Below are positions 39,301-51,780 of a DNA stretch of 64,000 nt, in pieces. The position numbers were made by a program, and so were the translations under genes. The DNA is from Heptranchias perlo (lineage: Eukaryota). The stretch's first letter is position 1. Each line of letters begins with the position of its first letter. The notes under the pieces were generated by a model. It was given only the letters and a program-made list of their open reading frames with translations. It was not told the origin of the DNA and did not search any database. The stretch is taken from the NCBI RefSeq assembly GCF_035084215.1, contig NC_090327.1, positions 40,486,001 through 40,550,000 of the forward strand. Direction: 5' to 3'.

Positions 39301-40215
39301 TTAAATACTTTGGAAATCATTTTTTAAAAAAAATATAAGAATGGATAGTAGATTTGTCATTTAGCTTTTTTCATTGTTCATCTTAGCTCTTGAAAGTGAA
39401 TGTAATTTTATTCCTAAATTAACTCCTTTCACTTCACTTCAATGTTGTTCCACTTAAGCCTGGAGGCTGGGATACATTTTGTCAGACTTTGCCACGACTC
39501 CCCTCACTACCATTCAGTATCAGATTATGGAGAAAGATGGTTTGAGGAGTGGGATGGGTCTCCCTGTTGGTTTATCATTTAATATAGAAGTTGAAATCTA
39601 ACTGTGCTGTATTCTATATAGAAACCTAACCAAGGACTAGTGGAACTTGCTCCTTACAGTTCTCAGTATATTTGGTATTTTTAAAATATGTACACAATCG
39701 TAGAATATTCATTATTTCAAAGTATTCTTTTAGCTAACTTAAAATACATTTTTCTCCAATTCCTTTTGGTCACCTTTGTGCCATGCATAGTTCACCCAGC
39801 TAAAAGGACAGATAGGTTATCTGCTCCGAGACTTCTGTCATTGGTGTTCTTGATCTGGCATCTAGAAATTGCAACTTAGATGCTCTCATTTTGAATTTAT
39901 TGAAGTTTTTTTTAATAGGCTGCTATTTTAGTTAATACTTTTTGTTCTTGGATCCCACAGCTTTCTCTATTAATGAATCTTTTCAGCAAAACATGAAGCT
40001 TCGACACCCTGAAATGTGGCTTACATTTCTGTTTCCATTTATGCAATTTATCTAAATTTATTATCAATGTAAAATAAGTCAGACTTATTACCAGAGGTCA
40101 GGTAGGCCATTTTTAGTATTAAGTCAGCAGAAATTCCTACTGATGAAAGTGCTGGCTGTGCTCTCACAGAATAGGCAAATTCAGTGCAAATGAAGGCTTA
40201 ATGTAATTTTTCTGT

Positions 40216-40967
40216 GTTCCAGACAAATGCCAGGCAATGACCATCTCCAACAAGAGAGAATCTAACCACCTCCCCTTGACATTCAACGGCATTACCATCG
40301 CTGAATCCTCCACCATCAACATCCTGGGGGTCACCGTTGACCAGAAACTTAACTGGACCAGCCACATAAATACTGTGGCTACAAGAGCAGGTCAGAGGCT
40401 GGGTATTCTGCGGCGAGTGACTCACCTCCTAATTCCCCAAAGCCTTTCCACCATCTACAAGGCACAAGTCAGGCGTGTGATGGAATACTCTCCACTTGCC
40501 TGGATGAGTGCGGCTCCAACAACACTCAAGAAGCTCAACACCATCCAGGACAAAGCAGCCCGCTTGATTGGCACCTCATCCACCACCCTAAACATTCACT
40601 CCCTTCACCACTGGCACACAGTGGTTGCAATGTGTACCATCTACAGGATGCACTGCAGCAACTTGCCAAGGCTTCTTCGACAGCACCTCCCAAACCCACG
40701 ACCTCTACCACCTAGATGGACAAGGGCAGCAGGCACATGGGAACAACACCACCTGCACGTTCCCCTCCAAGTCACACACCATCCTGACTTGGAAATATAT
40801 ATCGTCGCTGGGTCAAAATCCTGGAACCCCACTGTGGGAGAATCTTCACCATAGGGACTGCAGTGGTTCAAGGCGGCTCACTACCATCTTCTCAAGGCAA
40901 TTAGGGATGGGCAATAAATGCTGGCCTTGCCAGTGATGCCCACATCCCATGAACAAATAAAAAAAAA
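40216..40967 (+). mobile_element. 5'-truncated copy of the tRNA-headed LINE family
   Basis: 205-aa ORF matching the C-terminus of the 887-aa ORF; same 3' UTR and poly(A). Confidence 0.92.
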
Positions 40968-41089
40968 TACGGCGCATGAGGTGGTTATTGTAAGAGTGAT
41001 GCAAGGTGCTGTGAAGTGCTGATTTGCTCTGAGTAATTAGTCATGTTGTCAGGCTGCTCTCTCAGGCCTACAATAGTAGAAGAAGATAA

Positions 41090-41495
41090 CATGCATTCTA
41101 GGTTGTTGCAGGAATTCAGAGAAGAGATAGCAGAGGAGCTGCTTTTTAGTTCTGCATAATTTGCAAATTGTGCCAGGGTACGACTGAAGGGTAGTTAGTG
41201 TAACACCTCTGTTCAAGAAGGGAAAGAACGATAAACTGAGTAACGTCAGTTGTGGGCAAAGTCTTACAATCCATAAATCTTGATCACACTCATGGGCATT
41301 TAGAAATGCATGTGATAATCAAGGACAGCCAGCATGGATTTGTTAAAGGCTAATTGGGTTTGACAAATTTTAAGAGTTTTTTTGAAGAAGTGACTGATTG
41401 AATAAATAAAGGGAGTGAATAAGATATAGTGCATATGGATTTTCAAAAGGGTTTTAATAAGATGTCTCACAAGAAGCTTGTTACAAAACATATTT
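41090..41495 (+). mobile_element. Old CR1 RT fragment
   Basis: Degenerate SQHGFVKG and MDFQKGFNK motifs. Confidence 0.7.
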
Positions 41496-41689
41496 AGCTG
41501 ACTACTCTTGAAAGAGCTGGTGATGAAGACTTCTGGCTGCAGGCAATTGGAGCTCTCCCGCTTCATTGCCGTCCTCTATCCCGCCTCCTCACAATCCTGC
41601 CATCAGTATCCTCTCCTTCATCATGCTTAAAGCGTTCACCCAGTGATGGTTCCATGTTTTGTCCCCATTCAGCATACAGCAAACTACTA

Positions 41690-41950
41690 TCCTACTTTGA
41701 TTGCAAGCATGGACTGCAGATTAATATCTCCTGTGGCAGCCTGGAAGGAGCCGGAGGCAAAGAGGTTGAGGGCTGCAATGAACTTGACTGCAACAGGCAA
41801 TGCTGTGCTCACTTGGCAGTTGGTTGCAGGTCTTTTTTTGCAGGAGGTGACACAACTCTGTGGTAGCTCCCTAGAGAAGCAAAGCCGCTTTATACTGTTC
41901 CTCTGAGAGCTGTGGGTATGTTGCCTCTGAACTGTGTTGGGAGGTAAGGA
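41690..41950 (-). mobile_element. Harbinger (HARBI1-like) transposase remnant
   Basis: Minus-strand LSEEQ...ELCHLLQ..ALPVAVKFIAALNLFASGSFQAATGDI. Confidence 0.7.
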
Positions 41951-43450
41951 ATCCTGTGAGCATGCCTTATTCTAATTGGTCTCCCTCCAACTACACCTCT
42001 ATTTTCCACTTTTTCCTTTTGCTCCTGCTCCTCCACCTCTTACCAGAGTGAGATTTCCAGACGGACCCTCATGAAAAAATAATGCTGTCAGAAGTCCCTC
42101 AAGAGTTCGGAATGTTCTACAACAACTACAAACACTCTGAAATTGCCTAAGTAGCAAAAAACATTATCTAATTCAAGCAAAATATCTCCAAAACTTTCTA
42201 TAGTTTTACCTGAGGGCAACTGAGGATCTCTTTACTATTGCTGGAAATGGCCGGCTCTTGACTTGTACCGTTCATGGTTTGTTAGTGGGAGCAGAAACTG
42301 TGACAGCAATATGGGCAGAGACAAAAATGGCATTGGGGGTTCTAACAACATAATTTGATTCTGATTGGTATATAATAGTGAGGCTCCCATCTGTTTCCAA
42401 CAGGAGTTTCAGCCACTTAAAAATAAAATTAAATCATAGAATGATACAGCACAGAAGGAGACCATTTGGCCCATTGTGCCGGCTCTTTGAAAGAGCTGTC
42501 CAATTAGTCCCACTCATTTGCCCAAAAAGACAGGGTCTGGACTAATTTTCAGCCATTCCACTCCAGGGATGTGTGACTTTAGCAGAATTCTATGCTAAAG
42601 CCCCTAGGGGGTCTGAAGATATTTTTTAAATTGTGGCTTCACACCTTGCTGTAGTTACACTGCACATAATGTTTACTTCAAGTGATGTGTGATTACTCAC
42701 TCGGGGTTCTTTCATAGCTTTCACTTTAGTACGTTTATTAGTCAAAATGCAGCTCTGATTCCTGAGTTATATGGCCACTTTTGCATTGATGTGCACCCAA
42801 AATTACACCACATCAATGGGAAAGTGGCAGTATAGCTGCACCCTAACAGCGTTATCTACTGAGTTTATTGTATCTGAGTAAAATCCCCTAACATCCTAAG
42901 CTTGTTTTCATCTACCCAATTACAATCATGTTAAATATGTATGGCGACATGCTCAAAATACAAACAGGGATCAAAAAAGTTTCAGATATACTATTATTAG
43001 ATGTTATACTTTAGTTGTTAATGCTGTTGTTGTTAGACATTCAACACATTTGATGGGTCTAACAGACGTTTAAGCTAAAGCTTGTGAATTCTTGAGTGCA
43101 CTCTGTGCTCACGTGTAGGGATAAGAGGTAAGCCACATGCTTTCTTAAGGAACACTTTGTCAAAGGAATCTGAAAACAGAATAATGCATGGCACTGTTGA
43201 ATGTGGGACAGCTGAAGAGCATCCTGGTGCCACTTCAGTCTCTCCTGCTCACGCAGATAAACCATCAGGGAGGATTTTACTTAGTCCTGTCTTATCCTGG
43301 CTCTTCAATCATTCTTACTTCCAGTCTACCTTTTCTTCTCTTTGGAAACATTCTTGTAATTACCCTATCCCTAAGAAGGTGAACCCTCTTACCCATCTAA
43401 TTACTGACCTTTGCTCCTTACTTTCTAAAAGGATAATTTTCAGACTTCAT

Positions 43451-45508
43451 GGGCCTGATTTTACCAGGCCTGCGGGTTTCCGGCGGGTTTGGTTTCGGGA
43501 GCGTGGTCAACGCGCCCGGTGAAATTAGTGGGTTGCCCGCGCGATCGTGGCAGGCAACACACTAATGGGATTCAATTACCTGCTCCTCCGGGCTCAGCGC
43601 TGCTGGTCTGCGCGTCGGGCGGGCTGCGCATGCGCAGTACGATCTGTCAGCTGGAGGCTCTCTAGTTAAAGGGGCAGTCCTCCACTGACAGATGCAGCAA
43701 CCAATGGAACAAATTACAGCATGGAGCAGCCCAGGGGGAAGGCTGCTCCCAGTTTAATGATGCCTCACCCCAGGTATCATCAGATGGGGTGAGGAGGAGG
43801 GGGAGAACAGAGATCTTCCACCCGGCGGGCGGGAGGAAGCGGCCCGCCTCTGCCACCAAGAAGGACTGGCTCGAGGTGGCAGAGGGGGTCACCTGCACCA
43901 CCAACATATCGCCCACCTGCATACAGTGCAGGAGGCGCTCCAATGACCTCAGTAGGTCAGCCACAGTGAGAACACGTAGTCTTTCCCCTACACTCCGTCT
44001 GCCACAACACTGCCCCCACCCCACATCTCCTTCGGCACCGCCAACACTACTCTGTCACATCACCCCTCATACCCACTCAAACCCCATCCTCATCTTACCT
44101 CCACCTACTCACCTCGCCAGTACTCACCCCGCCACGAACACGCAACCCAATCCTCATACAATCTCATGGCTCTATCCCATACGCACCCTCTCGTGCATCT
44201 CCCTCACGGCCAGCCTCACTCAACCTGCCACCACCTGTGCTGCAGCCACAGGGCATGCATCGCATATGTGCAGTAGGCAGCGTACGGCAAACGTGTCGTG
44301 AGCATGAAGGGGATGCACAAGGGTGTCTGAGGGTTTGCCATGGGTGTTACCTATATTGAATTTCGGAGCAACAAACATCATACATTATATTGGCACCACC
44401 ACTGCCATGTCTCCCCGAATCCTGTCTGTTGTGTCCAATAATGCCCGCTCCTGGGTATCACTATGAGGAGCCACCACTGATGCCACCCATTGTGTTACTG
44501 CAGAGTAGGTGCAGGTGTATCTGCAGGGCTCTTCCACGCAGACGACTGAGAGACATCGGCGGTGTACCCGGCTGAACCCTGGAAGGATGCGGAGGAGAAG
44601 TTGTGGAGGGCAGTGGTGACTTTGGCAGCGACAGGTAAGCAGATGGTGCTGGGGCCAGCCAGGAGCAGCTCGGCATGAAAGAGGCTGCAGATGTCCACGA
44701 CTACATGTCGAGTGAATCTGCGCCTCCGTGTGCACTGCAGCTCGGAGAGGTCCGGGGAGCTGCGCCTTGGTCTGTGGACCCTGTGCGGAGGGTAGTGCCC
44801 TCTGCGACGCGTCTCTCTCTGCGGTTGCCCTCCCACCTGCTGTGCAGGTGGGTGTGCCACAGGACCGTGTTGGGGGGCTCCAATCCTCATACAATCCTCA
44901 TACGTGGACTGCGAGGCTGCTGGGGCTGGTCATGCTGTTCGTCCTCCGAGGATGTCAACGCACCACCCATCTGGCAGGTGTTGGTCTAAGGGGTTGTGCA
45001 GGGTAGGTAGGTGGTTCCTCGCACTGGGGCTGCGGTTTCATGTCGGTCTGTCCTCTGGCTTGGCGGGGGGTGGTGGAGGGCAGGGGTTGCCCTATGTGAC
45101 GCGGTGGCCTCCTGCGTGGGTGAGGGCTCTCCCACCCGCTGTGGAGTGCACCTTGGCAGCTGCCACAGGCTGCTGGCTGGAACACGACCGGTTGAAGGGA
45201 GACTGTTTCCCCCAGTGTGTGAAACTCACTGCCTTGAAGCTAAAATCCCACACTTCCTGTTTTGACAGCTGCTTCAGCTCATTTAATGACCTCAACAAGC
45301 AAGGTAAGTACTCTCAAGTGGAACCCCGCTGGCTTTAATTGCCTGCGGGATTCCCACCAGCGGGGCCTGTGCACGCAGCCCCGCACGTCAGCGCGGCACC
45401 CGGAAGTGGCCGGGATCTCGGCGCAATCCGGTCACGTGACTGGATATCGGGATTTTCGGGGCCCCCCCGCTGGAAACCTGCAGGAAACCCGACGCTAAAA
45501 TCGAGCCC
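43451..45508. mobile_element. Internally deleted PIF/Harbinger DNA transposon with convergent Myb/SANT-like (+) and transposase (-) gene remnants
   Basis: TIRs GGGCCTGATTTTA and GGGCTCGATTTTA; 3-bp TSD CAT (43448-43450, 45509-45511). Myb-like exon from ATG 43721 to donor 43966 (KKDWLEVAEGV..CIQCRRRSNDL). Transposase N-terminus at ~44500-44890 (RRRFTRHVVVDICSL..LPVAAKVTTALHNFSSASFQ). Confidence 0.9.
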
Positions 45509-45921
45509 CATGATGCTGGCAGAGCTAGCTGGAATCGCGTAGCGCAAATTTGGGTGCACACTGCACATGTTTCTTTGACCACATAAATGAATGGTTGGAG
45601 AATCATGTACACCACAAGCCCGAGGTCCAAACCTACTGGTGTGAGGAGCGGCTCCCTAATAGTATGCAACATATCCCTTAAAGCTATGGAAATTAAAATG
45701 AGCTTTCAAATTATCCATCATGTTAAAAGTTTGAGCCAAAAACAGGTTTGTCAGCATGGTCATTCCACTGATGTTCTTGTCTCTCATGTTGTACATCTCT
45801 GGAACACTGTCCTTGAACACTTTGGTGGATTATCAGTAATTTTCTTGGGCAAGGCACCATGCACTTCTAAACACGTTAACATCATATGGCCTCCCAACAA
45901 AGCTGTGCTCATAATCATTTT

Positions 45922-46096
45922 AGCCTGGAAATTATGCTGCGCGGAATTAACCGATGAACTGTTAAGTAATCCCAATGAAATTATGGAAATGTTAACTGTT
46001 AAAAATAAATGGGTTATTACCTCTTTAAAATAAGTAATTTCATACAAACATATTAGGCATTCATCCACTAATAATGCGCAGCATAATTTCTAGGCT
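45922..46096. mobile_element. MITE-like element
   Basis: 21-bp TIRs AGCCTGGAAATTATGCTGCGC and AGCCTAGAAATTATGCTGCGC; no clear TSD. Confidence 0.7.
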
Positions 46097-46330
46097 CTAG
46101 TTTCCTCTTAAACCATTTCACCTGTGCTGTCACTAATGCCTCATCCTATGGATTTTTTTTCAAAGGTTCCAGAAGGCTCCATCCTGGCACTCTGGTTCTT
46201 CTTCACACTGTTGTTTTCAGTTCTTCAAAGCCGTAACTCTAGACATTCTAGTGGTGCTGTTGTACTGTTAGGGGTGAAGCAGGATAGGACTTCCACCTGT
46301 CACTTTGGTTCCGCTATGACACCATCCCAC

Positions 46331-46446
46331 ATTTATAATGGAAGCTGCCTATGTAAACTTGTCATGCTGTAATTACATCTCCTCCTCCCCCATGGAGGGT
46401 TTAATTACAGCATGAAAAGTTTACATAGGTAGTTTCCATTATAAAT
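46331..46446. repeat. 45-bp inverted repeat (42/45 match) with a 26-bp spacer
   Basis: Arms at 46331-46375 and 46402-46446; a more diverged arm at ~49274-49325. Confidence 0.85.
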
Positions 46447-46554
46447 ATGAATGTAAGAAGCATAAAAATAAGGACATAATGTTGCAATTACCTTTTGGAC
46501 TTTTGCTTGAAGGATGTTGGCCTCTAGAATCAAATGGCAATTCATCTCTCCACC

Positions 46555-46940
46555 AATTACATGGGTCTTTACCCCCAATCCCATAGCCTTCATGAACATC
46601 ATGGAGTTCCATTCTTCAATGTGCAGTTAGTCTGTGACCATAAACACAAAATCCTGCATGTAAATGCCTGTTATCCTGATAAGTCATGACTCCTTTTATT
46701 TTACAGTAAACTATAGTGCCGCCATTATTTGAAGGGGCAGGACGACTGAACAGCTGGTTGCTTGTGAACCAAGTATATCCCCTATTAACCTGGCTCATTA
46801 TTCCCTTGAGGCCGCCATCAAGTATGTCACTGTCCATTACTTTGAATGGACGGATAATTGGGTGGGCTTGATTTTCCTGTATTCATCGCACCCAAGCAAT
46901 CCAATATTCCCAGGTGCAGGATCAGGGAAATTCTACTCCT
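46555..46940 (+). mobile_element. Harbinger transposase remnant (DDE core region)
   Basis: FHS.NVQLVCDHKHKILHVNACYP..HDSFIL...WLL..VYPLLTWLIIPLR, with frameshifts. Confidence 0.75.
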
Positions 46941-46971
46941 CTGTCTCAATATCCATTTGTGTTAAGGCCAG

Positions 46972-48406
46972 AATAGGAACATAGGAACATGAGTAGGTCA
47001 TTCAGCCCCTCGAGCCTGTTCCGTCTTTCAATGAGATCATGGTTGATCTGTATCCTAAATCCATTTACCTGCTTTGACTCCATATACCTCAATATCCTTG
47101 GCTAGCAAAAATCTGTCGATCTCAGATTTAAAATGATTAATTGAGCTAGCATCTACTCCTTTTTTGTGGGGAGTGTTCCACAATTCTACCACCCTTTGTG
47201 TGAAGAAGTGTTTCCTAACTTCTCTCCCGAATGACTTGGCTTTGATTTTAAGGATGTGTCTCCTTGTCCTAGACTCCCCCACCAGCAGAAAAAGTTTCTC
47301 CCTATCTACCCCATCAATTCCTTTCAAAAACCTAAAAACATCAATCAAATCACCCCTTAACTTCCTATATTCCAGGGAATACAGCCTAGTTTATGTAATT
47401 TCGCCTCATAATTTAACCCTTGGAGCTCTGGTAACATTCTGGTGAATCTGCACTGCACTCCTTCCAAGGCCAATATATCCTTTCTGAGGTGTGGTGCCCA
47501 GAATTGTACACAGTACTCCAGATGTGGTCTAACCAGGACTTTGTATGGCTGTAGCAAAACATCCTTTCCTTTTATATTCTAGCCCTCTAGTTATAAAGGC
47601 TAACACTCCATTAGCCTTTTTGATTATTTTTTGTATCTGACCACTACATTTTAGTGATTTGTGTACATGGACCCCCAAATCTCTTTGGCCCTCCACTGTT
47701 CCTAGCCTTTCACCATTTATAAGTACTTGGATCATAGAATCATAGAATGGTTGCAGCACAGAAGGAGACCATTCGGCCCATCGAGCTCGTACCGGCTCTT
47801 TGTAAGAGCAATCCTGTTAGTCCCATTCCTCTGCTCTTTCCCCGTAGCCCTGCAAATTTTTTCCCTTTATGTATTTATCTAATTTCTTTTTGAAAGCCAT
47901 GATTGAATCTGCTTCCACCACCCTTTCAGGCAGCGCATTCCAGATCATAACTACTCACTGTGTAAAAAGGTTTTTTCTCAAGTTGTCTTTGGTTCTTTTG
48001 CCAATCACCTTAAATCTTTGTCCTCTGGTTCTCGACCCTTCCACCATGGGAACAGTTTCTCTTTATTTACTTTACCTAAACCATTCATGATTTTGAACAC
48101 TTCTATCAAATCTCCTCTTAACCTTCTCTGCACTAAGGAGAACAACCTCAACTTCTCCAGTCTATCCAGGTACTGAAGTCCTTCATCCCTGGAACCATTC
48201 TAGTAAATCTTTTCTACACCCTCTCTAAGGCCTGCACATCCTTCTTAAAGTGTGGTGCCCAGAATTGGACACAATACTCCAGTTGTGGCCGAACCAGTGT
48301 TTTATAAAGCTTCAACATAACTTCCTTGCTTTTGTACTCTATGCCTCTATTTATAAAGTCCAGGATCCCATATGTTTTTTTAACCGCTTTCTCAACCTGT
48401 CCTGCC
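46972..48406 (-). mobile_element. Two adjacent 5'-truncated CR1 copies (46972-47730 and 47732-48406)
   Basis: Each has LVRPHLEYCVQFWAPH or LVRPQLEYCVQFWAPH and its own 3' UTR and tail. Confidence 0.9.
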
Positions 48407-48510
48407 ACGGTTTCCCATGCCCCCTATCTATTGCAGGGCAAAAGGGAGCCCACCCAATTATCCATCCATTTAACTTAATGGACACACAATTAAATTCACT
48501 CCATACAAGT

Positions 48511-49258
48511 ACCAGCAATGACCATCTCCAATATGAGAGGATCTTGTCACCTCCCCTTGACATTTAATGGCATTACCATTGCCGAGTCCCCCACCATCAA
48601 CATCCTGGGAGTCACCATTGACTGGAAACTCAACTGGACCAGCCACATAAATGCTGTGGTACTAGAGGCTGGGTATTTTGTGGCACATGGCTCACCTCCA
48701 GACTCCCCACCACTTACAAGGCACAAGTCAAGAATGTGATGGTATACTCCCAACTTTGCCTGGATGGGTGCAGCTGCAACAACACTCAAGAAGCTTGACA
48801 CCACTCAGGACAAAGTAGTCCACTTGATCGGCAACTTATCCACTCGCTTAAACATTTACCCCCTCCACTCCTGGCATACCATGGCTGCAGTGTATACAAT
48901 CTACAAGTTGCTCTGCATCAACTTGCCAAGGCTGCTTCAGCTTCTTCTACCTCCCAAACTTGCGACTTCCACCACCTAGAAGGACAAGGACAGTGGGCAA
49001 ATGGGAACACCATCACCTCCAAATTCCCTTCCAAGTTGCACACCATTCTGATTTGGACAATCAAAAGAGATTTGTTCAATGTTGCTGGGTCAAAATCCTG
49101 TAACTCCCTACCTAACAGCACTGTGGGAGCCCCTTCACCACACGGGCTGCAGCGGTTCAAGAAGAAGGATCACCACCGCCTTCTCAGGGCAACTAAGGAT
49201 AGGCAATAAATGCCGGCCTTGCCACTGACACCCACATCCTAATAATAAATTTTAAAAA
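48511..49258 (+). mobile_element. Older, diverged 3' copy of the tRNA-headed LINE family
   Basis: HLPLTFNGITIAESPTINILGVTID, TTLKKLDTTQDK and the same 3' UTR. Confidence 0.88.
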
Positions 49259-51384
49259 GTGCCATCACTGGCAGGAGATGTAATTACAGTGTAATAAGTT
49301 TACATGGACAATTTACATTATAAATAGGGACATGGGAATTCTTAATGGAAATATAAAAATATGGACAGAATCTATGACTAAAATGGGGACTGAGTTACAT
49401 CTTTGGGCCCTGGTCCAATTATCCCCTGGCCTCTAACTCTGCTTCACATGAAGACTACACTTACCATTGACTCCCTGTATGCAACTCTGTAGGAGATTGA
49501 CTAGTCACTTATATAAATGAAGACAAAAGAGATCCCAACACTGATCTTTGGGGCACACTACTACTCACAAACCAACTTACACACATTTGCCCCTACTCTG
49601 TTATCTGGTCACCTCTCTACTCGTCCCTTTTAATGTCATGCGCCTTAATTTTCATTAAAATCTTTTACAAGGCATTTTATTAAATACCTTCTGAAAATGA
49701 AACTACTAAGGATGAAAAGTTGAAAAGTGTAAAAGATTAGTAAGTGCCAAGCTTGAATTTTAAAAGCATGAGGAGGAAGGAAAGAAGGATTTAAGGAGTT
49801 CTACAGTTGTAAGGTCCTAGGAAAGAACAAATCAGAAATGGAGTCTGTGCTAACTGCTACAAAGATTTCTCAGGTTTGTATGGCTCATTACCACATCAGT
49901 AGTACATTTACACACTATGCCATCAGGGGATGCTAAAGCCACTTTTTATCAAAATGGGTTTGCATCAGCACAATCTGTAATGTATAACTGACTTGTAACA
50001 CGCTCAGATATGCATGGGCCTCTGGCATAAGCCAATTTTTTTCTGACTTTCTCACTTAATGAGAATCATTATAAGATGCAATATCATCACTATTTCATGA
50101 TTCACAAGGATAGCATAATAATTTAAGGTCAAATAATTTGCATTGATGATTTTAACCCCTTGAGCACGATGAGAGTGGGCCGTGCAGGGGATAAAATATT
50201 ATCAGCATGACACTCACCAGATCCACAATGCACATGTGCCGTGCTCTATTTTAACAGTTGCGTTTCGGGCCGCATGTGAGGCGCTCACCCTAGGCAGATG
50301 AGAGCCTCATTAAGACTCAGAAGTTGGGCTCTATTGACGTCAATCATTAGAGGGGAAGCAGGCCCAGAAGAGGTGTGAGAAGGTCAGTTAATTAAACTTT
50401 TTAAAGTTTCCTTGTGGGTCTGGAGAAACAGGAATGTTCCTCTGGGCCCCACAAAGAAAGGGTCTCCCTTTCCCCAGGCGTCCCCTCTCCCTGATAATGA
50501 TCTGTGTTGGCCCCTCCTCACCCCCTGATCTACTTACCTGACTGTCGGGGACCGATCCTGTGGGTCCCCTCCTGCTGCACTCGCATGACTCCTGTCTGCT
50601 AGCCTCACGTTATTGATGCTGGGTCAGGGCGAGAGTCGGGACTGTTGTATTTAAGTGAGACTTTTGAGTTAAAATAGCCCAAGCCTCATTCAGCAAGCTT
50701 GACCCTCGCCCTGCTGGTCCCATGCTTGTCGCTCGCCCCCAAGTAAAAGTCTTGGCTAATAACTCTGACATTTTATATTACTTTCTATAAAGCTGCATTT
50801 CTATCAAGTCCGCCAATTCTGATGGAATAAGGATCAACAGGAAACAGATTAAAAATGCAAAAAAATAGGACAGATTAAGAATAAAGAATGCAGGTGACAC
50901 AGCCTGTTAATACGCCATAGAGTGGTTGAGTTTTTCCAAATGGCAAGCTACCGACCTCAGCTGGAGCTGTCTGGGGAGGCCGGATGGAAACTAGGAAGGG
51001 AAAGTCGATATACATTTACATCCATTCCCTACTAGTTGATATGACATTACTGGGTAATGTTGCCTTGTCCAAACCTTGGTTGGTGGTAAGAGTATTGTTT
51101 GGGGGATTTTACTGAGGAAGATACTTGAAAAAAAGGCAAACGTTACTGGAACCTTGGCAATGCTGGATTTCTGTATCAGGTTAAGACTGTGCAAACATTT
51201 GGCACAAATTCATTTTTGAGTCAGTGCCAAAGAATACATCATGTACATTGCCTTCATTATTAGTGTGATCTGGATACGTTTTGACTGAATTAACACGTGT
51301 ACATGTGTGTGTGTGAATGCAAGTTAATGTCGATCTAGGAGATTCAAATTCATTCAAGTTCTCTGTTCTATATGGAACATTAAC

Positions 51385-51780
51385 ACTGGCTAGTGTAGAA
51401 CTGAGCCATATAGTCTAGAAATTCCCAAGTTCAATCTGGTCTGTGTTGAGCTAGCTGATCTCAGCTGGAGTGGTGGTAGGGCTGCTGCAGCAGCTAAAAT
51501 ATCAGCCAGGATTCCCATTCCTTACTGTTTTCCAGTGACTCCTGCTGGAAAGTGCACATGTCCATTGGCATTGGACAAGAAAAAGATTTGACTTGGCTTT
51601 AGTGTTCCCATGATTCAAAAACTGACCAGCAGTTATTGTCGAAGCTCACATATGAAAAATGGCTACTTAGATGAAGAATGGCTACTTAGATGGCTACTTA
51701 CAGGCTGCTGACAGTTGTACAACTGTACACAAGCAGAATCCATCACCTTCCGGGAGAGGAAGGCGAAAACATTTCCAAAA
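51385..51780 (+). mobile_element. Decayed tRNA-derived SINE
   Basis: Degenerate B-box AGTTCAATC at ~51428. The body segment GCTCACATATGAAAAATGGC..CCTTCCGGGAGAGG is shared with 28360-28830. Confidence 0.55.

Larger units (their letters stand above)
43200..46230 (+). mobile_element. Very old LINE RT remnant, split by the Harbinger and a MITE
   Basis: LSPVLSWLFN..LWKHS..PIPKK at ~43290-43380, HSTDVLVSHVVHLWN at ~45760, VPEGSIL at ~46165. Confidence 0.45.

Noticed and set aside
43662-45672. Numerous overlapping 60-170 aa ORFs as novel genes
   Set aside because: They are alternative frames of a GC-rich Harbinger element.
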